A stretch of DNA of 64,000 bases, taken from the IMG/VR virus record IMGVR_UViG_3300025012_000956, positions 10,538-74,537 of that record; one strand, written 5' to 3'. This document shows positions 9,876 to 18,998 of the stretch, in pieces (positions within the stretch are counted from its first letter, which is position 1; every line of letters begins with the position of its first letter). The position numbers and the translations under genes were made by a program. Source of the stretch: a virus. The notes below the pieces were generated by a model. The model had not been told where the DNA came from and did no database searches. It worked only from the letters and a program-made list of their open reading frames with translations.

Positions 9876-12800
9876 TGTATACGAATATATATTATGATAG
9901 AGAGCGTAATAGAATATCCTTATGGGACGACAAATTTGGATATAGGTCATTCCCATATAAAAAATATGCATATATAGAAGATGCTGAAGGTGACTTTTCT
10001 ACCATCTTTGGTACTAAAGTGAAAAAAATTACAAGTTGGAATAATAATATGGAAGATAAATTATATGAATCAGATTTATCTCCAGAGATGAGAACTTTAA
10101 TAGATGTATATTATGATTCACCTGATAACTTATATCCAGACAATAATATTGTTATATTAGATATTGAAGTTGAGACATCTCATTCGCTACCAGATGTATA
10201 TAAGGCTGAAAATGCTGTTACTGGAATAAGTATTCATGAAAGCAAAAACGATAAATATTATTCTTTTATATTAGATCTTGATAATAAAATAGATGATAGT
10301 AAAATATTTACAGATTCAAAAGGGAATAATGTAATACTTAAAGCTTGTATTTCTGAAAGTCAGATGCTTCAGGAATTCATAAATTTGATAGTATTAATTA
10401 AACCAACAATATTAACAGGATGGAACATAGAATTCTTTGATATACCATATTTAATTAATAGAATAGCAGGTATGTTAGGTGAGGCGATTGTTAAAACATT
10501 GTCACCAATAAATATAATTAGATATTCCGAATTTAAAAAAAGATATATTATAGCAGGAATATCAATTATAGATTATTTAAGTATCTATAAAAAGTTTACA
10601 TTCTCAGAAGAAGCATCATATAGGTTGGATTCAATAGCTAAGAAAGAAATTGGAAGAGGTAAAACTGGATTTGATTGTTCTCTACAAGAATTATATGAAA
10701 AGGATATCCATAAATTTATTGAGTATAATATAAATGATGTTGAATTGGTTTTAGAAATAGATAAAAAGAAAAAATTTATAGATTTAGTAGTAGGTATTTC
10801 TCATAAAGGCAGGATTCCATATGAGGATATATTTTATTCTTCTCGTTATCTAGAAGGTGCAATTTTATGTGATTTAAAATCTAAAAACTTAGTTGCACCA
10901 AATAAACCAAATAGAACTTTAACTAGAGATGTTAGTTTTATAGGTGCATATGTTAAAGATCCAAAAGTAGGATTTCATGAATGGGTGTTTGATTTAGATT
11001 TAACATCTTTATATCCATCAATTATTATGTCACTGAATATATCTCCTGAAACAAAGGTTGGTAAAATATTAGATTGGAATGCAAATGAATTTACAAGTAG
11101 AAAACAGAGAACTTGGAAAGTTTTTAATTTTATAAAAAATGTTGAAGCGGATGTAGATACTAAAGACTTATGGGATTTTTTAGAAGTTTCTAAATATTAT
11201 ATATCATCAAATGGAATTATCTACCAATCAACGCATCAAAGAGAAGGAGTTATTCCGAAAATATTATCTAAGTGGTTCGATGAAAGAGTAGAATATAAAA
11301 ATCTAATGAAGAAATTTGGTAAAGATAATAAAAAAGACAAGTATGATTTCTATGACAGACTCCAAAATATACAAAAAGTATTATTAAATTCACTCTATGG
11401 TGTACTAGGGTTACCTATTTTTAGATTTTATGATTTAGATAATGCCGCATCTGTTACGGAAACAGGTAGATCTATTATAAAATTTTCCGAGAAAAAAGGA
11501 GATGAATATTTTAATAATGTTTTGAAAACTAATAATAATTATTGTTTAGCCGGAGACACCGATTCTGTTGGAAAAGACAGTGTTATTGATACTAATTTAT
11601 ATGGTAAAATTACATTATTACAGTGTTTTGATAACTTAACTATTAGAGGAGAATGCGATATCTATTCCGATATCTCTAACAGAAAATTTATATTCCCAGA
11701 CAATTTAGTTTTACCCTACTATGATGAAGATAATAAAGAAATATCATATGGTAAGGTGAAATATATTGAAAAACACATTATTAACAAGAGAATGTTTAGA
11801 ATTAAAACAAAATCAGGTAAATTTGTAGACATTACAGAAGATCATTCTTTAATGATTTTAGATGAATCGACTAAAAAATTAAAGGAAATCAAACCAAATA
11901 AATTAAAAAAAGGTGATAAAATTATTAAATTAAAGTATGACATAGATGAAGTAGACGAGATTATAGATTTAGGAATAAAGAAAGAAGTTGTTTTTGATGT
12001 GGGCATGGATGATAGTCCACATACGTTTTTTGCAAATAATATTTTAGTACATAATTCAGTATATTTCTCAGCATCTCCATTACTTAAATATTTATATCCT
12101 AATTTGGATTATTCAAATGAAAAACTTGCTACAGATGCAGTATCTCATATAGTTAGTGATGTACAAAAGTATATAAATGATTCATATGATGACTTTGCTA
12201 AAGAAATATTAAATATAACGACAGGACATAGATTTAATATAAAACAAGAATTAATTTGTAAGTCTGGGTTATGGACTGCAAAGAAACGATATGCATTAAA
12301 GGTTGTAAATAGAGAAGGAATATTAGTTGATAAATTAGAAGTTAAGGGATTAGATACTGTGAGGTCTAGTTTTCCTCCAGCATTTAAAGGATTTTTAGAA
12401 AAAATGTTAATATCTATATTAGATAAAGAGTCACAGGATAAAATTGATGATGATATAGTTAAGATGGAAAACAAATTGAATTCATTTACTATAAACGAAG
12501 TATCTAAAAATACCTCAATAACGGATATAGTAAAATATACAGATGAAGTAAGTGGTTATTATGCAGATAGAATATTTTCTGCTATAAAGAAAGCTACTCC
12601 TGCACATGTAAGAGCTGCAATTGCTTTTAATGATTTATTAAAGTATTATGGTTTAGATAATTCTATTAGTCCGATTAAAAATGGAGAAAAGATTAAGTGG
12701 TGTTATCTAAAAAATAATAATTTTGGTTTAGATAAGATTGCATTCAGAGGATATGATGATCCAAAGGAAATTTTAGATTTTGTAAATACATATATTGATA

Positions 12801-12916
12801 GGCAACGTATATATGAAAGTGAATTAAAATCTAAAATAGAAAATATATATGCAGCACTTCAGTGGAAATTTCCAAGTAGATACAAAAAGTTAGCTAAACA
12901 ATTTTTCAATATTTAA
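9875..12916 (+). CDS. Family B DNA polymerase (T4 gp43-like) with intein
   Basis: ExoI DIE, ExoII GWNIEFFDIPY, ExoIII YNINDV, DLTSLYPS, KVLLNSLYG, GDTD|intein|SVY, KKRY. Confidence 0.95.
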   Translation: MYTNIYYDRERNRISLWDDKFGYRSFPYKKYAYIEDAEGDFSTIFGTKVKKITSWNNNMEDKLYESDLSPEMRTLIDVYYDSPDNLYPDNNIVILDIEVETSHSLPDVYKAENAVTGISIHESKNDKYYSFILDLDNKIDDSKIFTDSKGNNVILKACISESQMLQEFINLIVLIKPTILTGWNIEFFDIPYLINRIAGMLGEAIVKTLSPINIIRYSEFKKRYIIAGISIIDYLSIYKKFTFSEEASYRLDSIAKKEIGRGKTGFDCSLQELYEKDIHKFIEYNINDVELVLEIDKKKKFIDLVVGISHKGRIPYEDIFYSSRYLEGAILCDLKSKNLVAPNKPNRTLTRDVSFIGAYVKDPKVGFHEWVFDLDLTSLYPSIIMSLNISPETKVGKILDWNANEFTSRKQRTWKVFNFIKNVEADVDTKDLWDFLEVSKYYISSNGIIYQSTHQREGVIPKILSKWFDERVEYKNLMKKFGKDNKKDKYDFYDRLQNIQKVLLNSLYGVLGLPIFRFYDLDNAASVTETGRSIIKFSEKKGDEYFNNVLKTNNNYCLAGDTDSVGKDSVIDTNLYGKITLLQCFDNLTIRGECDIYSDISNRKFIFPDNLVLPYYDEDNKEISYGKVKYIEKHIINKRMFRIKTKSGKFVDITEDHSLMILDESTKKLKEIKPNKLKKGDKIIKLKYDIDEVDEIIDLGIKKEVVFDVGMDDSPHTFFANNILVHNSVYFSASPLLKYLYPNLDYSNEKLATDAVSHIVSDVQKYINDSYDDFAKEILNITTGHRFNIKQELICKSGLWTAKKRYALKVVNREGILVDKLEVKGLDTVRSSFPPAFKGFLEKMLISILDKESQDKIDDDIVKMENKLNSFTINEVSKNTSITDIVKYTDEVSGYYADRIFSAIKKATPAHVRAAIAFNDLLKYYGLDNSISPIKNGEKIKWCYLKNNNFGLDKIAFRGYDDPKEILDFVNTYIDRQRIYESELKSKIENIYAALQWKFPSRYKKLAKQFFNI
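11564..12055 (+). mobile_element. Contiguous 164-aa mini-intein in the GDTD|S polymerase motif
   Basis: Starts SVGKDSVI, block B DITEDHSL, ends HTFFANNILVHN|S; no endonuclease domain. Confidence 0.92.
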
Positions 12917-12928
12917 TCAGAGGTTATA

Positions 12929-13681
12929 ATGAATATTACTAAAAACAGATTATTAAGCTTTATAAGAAAGTATAATCTAGGTGGAGAAGTCCAGACGGTT
13001 TTATGGACCATTAAAGATAATATATTAAATGTTAAATTTATAATAGATGATGAATCCCTTAGAGGAGAAGTTAACTGTGAGAATGTAGATCATGAGGATT
13101 TAGAATTCGTTATTTATGAAACAGATCCTTTAATAAAAATGCTTTCTGTTTTAGATGACAATAATTTTGATGTAACAATATCTCCAATTGCGTTAAATTT
13201 TAAAGATGGTAATTCTAAACTTAAATATGTATTAGCAGATAAAAGTTTAGGTCGACGTGTAAAAAATGTAACTTATCCTAAAGATTTTATAACTATATAT
13301 GAAACAGAAGATATATTAACAAAGTTTACAAAGGCACTTTCGTCTTTTACTAGGTGTGAAATTTTTGGAATAATTGCAGATGAATTAGAATCTAAAATAA
13401 TATTTTCTATGAGAGAAGGTAGTACGGTTGATGTAGATGAAAGCAATTTGTCAGAACAAAAGACTCATACATTTAATATTGATATAAAATCTGAAGAAGT
13501 TACTTTAGATATTCCTATGTTAAACTTTAATTCTAAAAGATTTAAATCTATAATTGACACTAATAAGGGCTTTACAATGTGTAAAATTAAAATATTTAAA
13601 GTTGGAATGTTAGAATTAATATTTAAACATGAAGATGATAAAATAGATACAAATTATCAATTAGTAGCATTACAAAAATAA
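12929..13681 (+). CDS. Sliding clamp (gp45/PCNA-like)
   Basis: 250 aa, acidic and beta-rich; lies between the polymerase and clamp loader as in T4-like genomes. Confidence 0.7.
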   Translation: MNITKNRLLSFIRKYNLGGEVQTVLWTIKDNILNVKFIIDDESLRGEVNCENVDHEDLEFVIYETDPLIKMLSVLDDNNFDVTISPIALNFKDGNSKLKYVLADKSLGRRVKNVTYPKDFITIYETEDILTKFTKALSSFTRCEIFGIIADELESKIIFSMREGSTVDVDESNLSEQKTHTFNIDIKSEEVTLDIPMLNFNSKRFKSIIDTNKGFTMCKIKIFKVGMLELIFKHEDDKIDTNYQLVALQK

Positions 13682-13689
13682 GGTGTATA

Positions 13690-14316
13690 ATGGAATTAAA
13701 AATTAATAGTCTGTTCGCAGAAAAATATAGACCTAATAATTTAGATGAATTTGTGGGTAATAAACCCATTATAGATAAATTTAAATTATATATAAAAGAA
13801 AAGGATATACCTCATTTATTATTGGTTGGCCCACAGGGATGTGGAAAAACTTCCATCTCAAAAATATTAGCAAAGACTATATCTCCAGATGACTATTTAT
13901 ATATAAATGCTTCTGATGAAAATAATATTGAAACCGTTAGAAACAAAATTAAAAATTTTGCTATCTCTATTTCTATGAATAGTACAATAAAAATAATTAT
14001 ATTGGATGAATGTTTAGATGAGAATACTCCAGTTTCTGTTCTTAGATGCGGTAAAGAAGTTTTAATAAAAATTAAGGATTTAGATGATTCTGGAGATTTA
14101 GTGAAGTCTTTTAATATTAAGAAAAATAGAATAGAATATATGCCTTTTAATTTAATTGATAAAGGCATCAGCGATGATTGTTTAGAAATAGAATTAGAAA
14201 CCGGTGAAATTGTTATATGTTCAAAAACACATGGATGGTATATTGAAAATGAGACCGGCGAAATTATAATGGTTAAAGCATCTAATTTGAACAAACACAT
14301 GCACATTATGACATAA
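13690..14316 (+). CDS. Clamp-loader AAA+ subunit (gp44/RFC-S), N-terminal fragment plus split-intein N-half (14011-14316)
   Basis: EKYRP, PHLLLVGPQGCGKT, INASDE and IIILDE, then CLDENTPV...IVICSKTHGWY. Confidence 0.92.
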   Translation: MELKINSLFAEKYRPNNLDEFVGNKPIIDKFKLYIKEKDIPHLLLVGPQGCGKTSISKILAKTISPDDYLYINASDENNIETVRNKIKNFAISISMNSTIKIIILDECLDENTPVSVLRCGKEVLIKIKDLDDSGDLVKSFNIKKNRIEYMPFNLIDKGISDDCLEIELETGEIVICSKTHGWYIENETGEIIMVKASNLNKHMHIMT

Positions 14317-14373
14317 TTTTATACAAAGTGTGATTTTTCTAGATCATACCTATATATATAATTAAGAAACCTA

Positions 14374-15828
14374 TTGGAGAAAGATGTGTTTGTAAAAATA
14401 TTAGGAAAAAAAATTGAATCAAATAGAAGTATAACAAATTTATTAAGAAATAAATTTAAAACTGTTGAAGTTGCATACTTATTGGAGCACGGTATGGATG
14501 CACCAAAGTGCAAATATTGTGGATTTAAGTGTATGTTTATTAGTTTTTTTAAAGGATATTTGGATAGATGTAATTCAAATGAGTGTATACATAGAAGCGT
14601 TGTTGATTCCAATAAAATGTTGGGAAAGAAACGTGTTTTGAACAAGTTGAATAAGGACAGTGATTTTTATAAATATATCATACAAAATTCAAATTTTTAT
14701 ATAAACAATTTTAAAAAGATAAATATAATAGAACCCTTTACAGGGATACGTACTGGAAAGCTAACTCTACGATCCTTTTTACGAAGACGTATTTCTAAAG
14801 AATGTTTTTACACATATAAAGATTGTATATATTGTAATTCATCATTCTTAACAGATATTTTTATTAATAGAAAATATTGTCATAATTCTAAATGTGTTGA
14901 AAAAGCACGTAGAAAATACATTATAAGTTCTAAACAGTTTACTCCTCAAGAGATAAACAATCTATATCAGGTTTTTAGAATAGATGGAATATCTCATGTG
15001 GATGCGATGACTAAGATAAGAACCGAATATACATCGGACTATGTGTTAATTAATAAAATTTACAAATATTATGACGATTACTCAATACTAAAAATTAAAT
15101 ACTTAACATGTCCAGTTACCGGGTTTATTATACCACTTAGATCAAGATCAAACATTTTAAAAAAACACTGCTTTATTCATAATATAGATATCAATTCATA
15201 TATAGAAAAGTATTTTCCGAATTTCATCAGTAGGTGTTTATTATGTGCCGACTTTTCAGAAGTGAAATCAGATCTTATTAAAGAAACACATAAAAAGTTT
15301 TGTAACAGGGATCATTATTTACAATACAAAAAAATTAACCCCGATAAATATAGGTGTAGTGATGATCAAAAGAATAAACAATCTAAAATAATTAAAAACT
15401 TAATTTTAAGTGGTAAATTTACTCCTAAGACTCAAAATAGGTTTACTCACTTTGAGCAAAAAATAGTAATTAATAATATAGAGTATAAGTTTAGGAGTTC
15501 TTGGGAAGCTGCATTTTTTGTATCTAACAATATAAATTATGAAAAATCGTATGAGAAGTTGAGAATTTTATATCGTGATAAGCTTGGTAAATCCCACATA
15601 TATATTTCTGATTTTTATTTACCAAACACTAATACATTATATGAATTAAAACCAAGAAATTTATATAAAATACAAAAATATAAAATGAATGAGGTAATTA
15701 AATATTGTAAGACTAATAACATCAAATTTATATGGATTAATGAAGATAATTTATTAAATTTCTTAAACATTGAAATAGTAAAAAATTATCCAACTATTTT
15801 CGATAAGATTAAAGGAATAATAAAGTGA
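14374..15828 (+). CDS. Free-standing Cys-rich endonuclease (C-terminal TnsA_N-like PD-(D/E)XK) between the clamp-loader halves; likely start GTG 14386
   Basis: FRSSWEAAF..YEKLRILY..YISDFYL..YELKP, many CxxC motifs, and GGAG 6 nt before the in-frame GTG. Confidence 0.75.
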   Translation: MEKDVFVKILGKKIESNRSITNLLRNKFKTVEVAYLLEHGMDAPKCKYCGFKCMFISFFKGYLDRCNSNECIHRSVVDSNKMLGKKRVLNKLNKDSDFYKYIIQNSNFYINNFKKINIIEPFTGIRTGKLTLRSFLRRRISKECFYTYKDCIYCNSSFLTDIFINRKYCHNSKCVEKARRKYIISSKQFTPQEINNLYQVFRIDGISHVDAMTKIRTEYTSDYVLINKIYKYYDDYSILKIKYLTCPVTGFIIPLRSRSNILKKHCFIHNIDINSYIEKYFPNFISRCLLCADFSEVKSDLIKETHKKFCNRDHYLQYKKINPDKYRCSDDQKNKQSKIIKNLILSGKFTPKTQNRFTHFEQKIVINNIEYKFRSSWEAAFFVSNNINYEKSYEKLRILYRDKLGKSHIYISDFYLPNTNTLYELKPRNLYKIQKYKMNEVIKYCKTNNIKFIWINEDNLLNFLNIEIVKNYPTIFDKIKGIIK

Positions 15829-16568
15829 ATAAAATAAAAATAAAATCAATAAAAAATTACACACAGCCCACTCACCTATATGATTTGCATGTATCATCGA
15901 ATCATAATTTTTTTATCGGCGAAATGGGTACAATTCTCACTCACAACTGTGACTATATGACTCCTAATGCCCAGGCAGCGTTGAGAAATTTAATGGAAAC
16001 TTATAGTAGACATACTAGATTTATCTTAACTGCTAATTATTATAATAGAATCTATGAACCTATAATTTCTAGGTGTACAGTTTTTGAAATGGGACAAATG
16101 CCAAAACCGGATATGGCAAACAGAGTTGCAAACATTTTAGATATAGAAAAGGTAATATATAAACCTGAGGATGTGGTTTTATTGATAAACTCTTTTTATC
16201 CGGATATGAGACAAATATTAAATGTAACCCAAAGATCAATTACAAATTGGAAACTTGAGGTAAATAGTAATGAGATATTAGAATCAGATTATAGGTTGAA
16301 AATAATAGATATACTAAAAGATAAAAAGTTATTAAGTGAAACTAAATTTGCGAATATTAGAAAATTAATAGCAAATCATCAGATAAAACAATTCACAGAT
16401 GTGTATAGAATAATGTATGAAAATATAGATGATATTGCAAAAAATGTTTCAGATGTAATCTTAATAATTGCAGAACAACAATATCAAGAATCATTTGTGA
16501 TAGATAAGGAGATCTCCTTTATTGCATGTGTCGTGCGTATATTAAATAGTAATGATATGGAAAGATAA
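15825..16568 (+). CDS. Split-intein C-half (15825-15947) fused to clamp-loader C-terminal fragment
   Basis: LYDLHVSSNHNFFIG..ILTHN|CDYMTPNAQAALRNLME; FILTANY, SRC motif, DMRQILN. Confidence 0.92.
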   Translation: MNKIKIKSIKNYTQPTHLYDLHVSSNHNFFIGEMGTILTHNCDYMTPNAQAALRNLMETYSRHTRFILTANYYNRIYEPIISRCTVFEMGQMPKPDMANRVANILDIEKVIYKPEDVVLLINSFYPDMRQILNVTQRSITNWKLEVNSNEILESDYRLKIIDILKDKKLLSETKFANIRKLIANHQIKQFTDVYRIMYENIDDIAKNVSDVILIIAEQQYQESFVIDKEISFIACVVRILNSNDMER

Positions 16569-16608
16569 TGTTTATTAAAAATGCCAGAAATTTTAAATAT
16601 GATTATCT

Positions 16609-16827
16609 ATGTCCTATATGTGGCGGAGATTTGATGTATTTAAGAGAATTAAATTTATGAGAATATTCGATGGTAATTCTGTATTTGAATGTTCTAATAA
16701 TAGAGAGCATAGATTTTGGAAAAATAGCAGAGAAGAACATGGTATTTTACATCTAAATAAGCATGCTACACAGTTTCTGTTCCATTCTGATAAAGATTAT
16801 GTTTGGAATGAAAGTGTGAGGGCGTGA
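16609..16827 (+). CDS. Hypothetical protein
   Basis: Short ORF in the + strand gene train. Confidence 0.4.
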   Translation: MSYMWRRFDVFKRIKFMRIFDGNSVFECSNNREHRFWKNSREEHGILHLNKHATQFLFHSDKDYVWNESVRA

Positions 16828-16833
16828 GAATAA

Positions 16834-17064
16834 ATGGCGATATATGACTTTGTTTGTAATAATTGCGGATCAGAAAGATTTGATGTACACACTGATTGGC
16901 AAACTGCACACTTTAATATGCCTAAATGTTCGATTTGTAAAATAGGGACATTAGTACCTAAGTTTCCAAGATCAACAACATTTAAATTGGTGGGTGACAA
17001 TTGGAGTAAAGACGAATACGGAATTAAACCAATAAAACAGGAGAAAAATAATGAATGGAAATAA
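16834..17064 (+). CDS. FmdB-like zinc-ribbon protein
   Basis: MAIYDFVCNNCG..F...PKCSIC. Confidence 0.7.
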   Translation: MAIYDFVCNNCGSERFDVHTDWQTAHFNMPKCSICKIGTLVPKFPRSTTFKLVGDNWSKDEYGIKPIKQEKNNEWK

Positions 17065-17308
17065 CAATCTAGGGAGAGACTTAAAATTAAATGTAGACTT
17101 AAGGACTGTTCCTAATTTAACATGTGAGTCATGTGGCAATGGTTTTTTTAAAACGGTTTTCGTTTTGAAGAGACTGTCTCCACTCATTACAGGACAACCA
17201 AAACCGGTAATAGTTCCAACTGAATTATTTGCATGTGAAAAGTGCGGTCATGTTAATGATGAAATTAATCCATTCCGTGTAATAGAAGATGAAAAGCCAA
17301 AAGTCTAA
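17051..17308 (+). CDS. Zinc-ribbon hypothetical protein
   Basis: CESCG...CEKCGH pairs. Confidence 0.65.
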   Translation: MNGNNNLGRDLKLNVDLRTVPNLTCESCGNGFFKTVFVLKRLSPLITGQPKPVIVPTELFACEKCGHVNDEINPFRVIEDEKPKV

Positions 17309-17699
17309 ACAGTTTTTCGATCATCTAAATCATTTGATGAAAATTCAGTCTAAGAATTACTGGTCTACGTTGTCTGAGGAGGAAAGAAAAACCTGGAGTA
17401 CTTTTATGATTAATCGGTATTTATCTATGGACTACAATTTAATAGAGATTGTAGATATATTTCAAAAGTATACCCCACAACTATCTAACGAAATGGTTTA
17501 TAGATTATATGCTGGCATTGTACCAAAGTCTAATAAATTTCTGAGGTATATCAAAAGAGATTCTAAAGATAAAATAGATAAAGATAATATAGAAAAAATT
17601 TCAATATATTATGGGTGTTCGCTGTCAGAAGCAGAACAATATTGTGAAATATTAACAAAAGAAGAAATTAAACAAATAACTAAAATGTTTGGAGGATAA
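17289..17699 (+). CDS. Clamp-loader small subunit (T4 gp62-like)
   Basis: FDHLN..LSEEERKTWSTFMINRYLS..KFLRYIK..YYGCSLSEAEQY pattern and its position after the gp44-like gene. Confidence 0.7.
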   Translation: MKSQKSKQFFDHLNHLMKIQSKNYWSTLSEEERKTWSTFMINRYLSMDYNLIEIVDIFQKYTPQLSNEMVYRLYAGIVPKSNKFLRYIKRDSKDKIDKDNIEKISIYYGCSLSEAEQYCEILTKEEIKQITKMFGG

Positions 17700-18458
17700 A
17701 ATGAGTGATGAAAAAACGAACAGTGGTAAATCAAACTTTATTAAAAAGTGGTTAATTAAGAAATTTAATCTAACATTAAAGGGTGATACTTGTCAAGGAA
17801 TTGCACCAAACATATCAGATTTTTCTTTAAATGATCGATATGTTTTTGACTTTAGAGCGGGTTATTGGAGAGGAGAGTCTATTGGTATTAATCAAACACC
17901 TATGGCCGCGGGCAACACATCAGAGTATACTGGGCAAAAAACTATTAAAAAAATATTTGTTAAGCCTGTTGATGTTTTAAAAGAATTAGAGGAAAAACCT
18001 AGATTTTTTGAAACTGATAATTTAGAAGAAAAAATAGCAATGATGAATGATAGAAGAGAATTGATAAAAGAATCATATTCTAGAAGAGAATTAGATGGTT
18101 TGGTCATGTGTCTAGAGAACAGAAAAAATATGACAGAGCATTTTTTGGTCAATTTACTACTACTACTTTAGAAAAAATAAACAATCTATTAGAAACGTAT
18201 GAATTAATAATGCAGTCTGCAGATTTATTTATTCTAGATTTTCCTAAAGAAGCAATAGATACAATGAAATTATATAAAGATAAGGTAAAAGAATTATTAG
18301 ATAAAGATGCTATTTTTTATGTTATAGCCACTAATAGTTCTTTTTCAAGTGTTACTAGTAAAAGAGATCCAATATTACTTGCACAGTCTCCATTTGGATT
18401 TTACTATGATATTTTAGGTGCGTGGGATGAAGAAATGTTAGTATTATCAAAATTATAA
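17689..18458 (+). CDS. Hypothetical protein split by an apparent frameshift near 18123-18128
   Basis: ORFs 17689-18171 and 18108-18458 join as LENRKKYDRAFF if one A is added at the A6 run; C-terminal RDPILLAQSPFGFYYDILGAWD. Confidence 0.6.
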
Positions 18459-18470
18459 GAGGAAAGTTAT

Positions 18471-18998
18471 ATGGGAAACAATTTATTTTTTACAAAGGTT
18501 AGAGATGTAAAATCACCTACACGTGGAACACCAGGCAGTGCCGGCATCGATTTCTATGTCCCAAAGTTTACTGAAAGTTTTATAACGGATCTTGTTAATA
18601 AAAATCCAGGTTATTATCACAGGCCAACTATTAATGGAATTGTTATGCATCCTCATGATAGAATTTTAATTCCATCTGGAATTTGCGTTAGCATACCCCA
18701 TGGGTATACTTTAATAGGTCACAATAAAAGTGGGGTAGCAAGTAAAAAAGGATTGGATATATTAGCAAGCGTTATTGACGAAGACTATCAATCTGAAATT
18801 CATTTAAATGTAGTAAATACGGGATTAACAATTCAGGATATACTTGAAGATGATAAGTTGCTTCAGTATATTTTAATTCCAGTTGTAATATCGGAAATAT
18901 TGGAAATTCCTACATTGGAGGAATTATATCCTGTAAAAACAGATCGTGGAGTCGGTGGGTTTGGTTCGACGGATGAAAGAGATGAAAGAATTGTTTAA
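18471..18998 (+). CDS. dut: Trimeric dUTPase
   Basis: GSAGIDF, KSG, VIDEDYQSEI and RGVGGFGST motifs. Confidence 0.92.
   Translation: MGNNLFFTKVRDVKSPTRGTPGSAGIDFYVPKFTESFITDLVNKNPGYYHRPTINGIVMHPHDRILIPSGICVSIPHGYTLIGHNKSGVASKKGLDILASVIDEDYQSEIHLNVVNTGLTIQDILEDDKLLQYILIPVVISEILEIPTLEELYPVKTDRGVGGFGSTDERDERIV

Noticed and set aside
486-15825. Introns rather than split inteins interrupting helicase, nrdJ and clamp loader
   Set aside because: Both halves carry clear intein blocks, the IntC halves have their own starts, and the flanks are too short for ribozyme cores.
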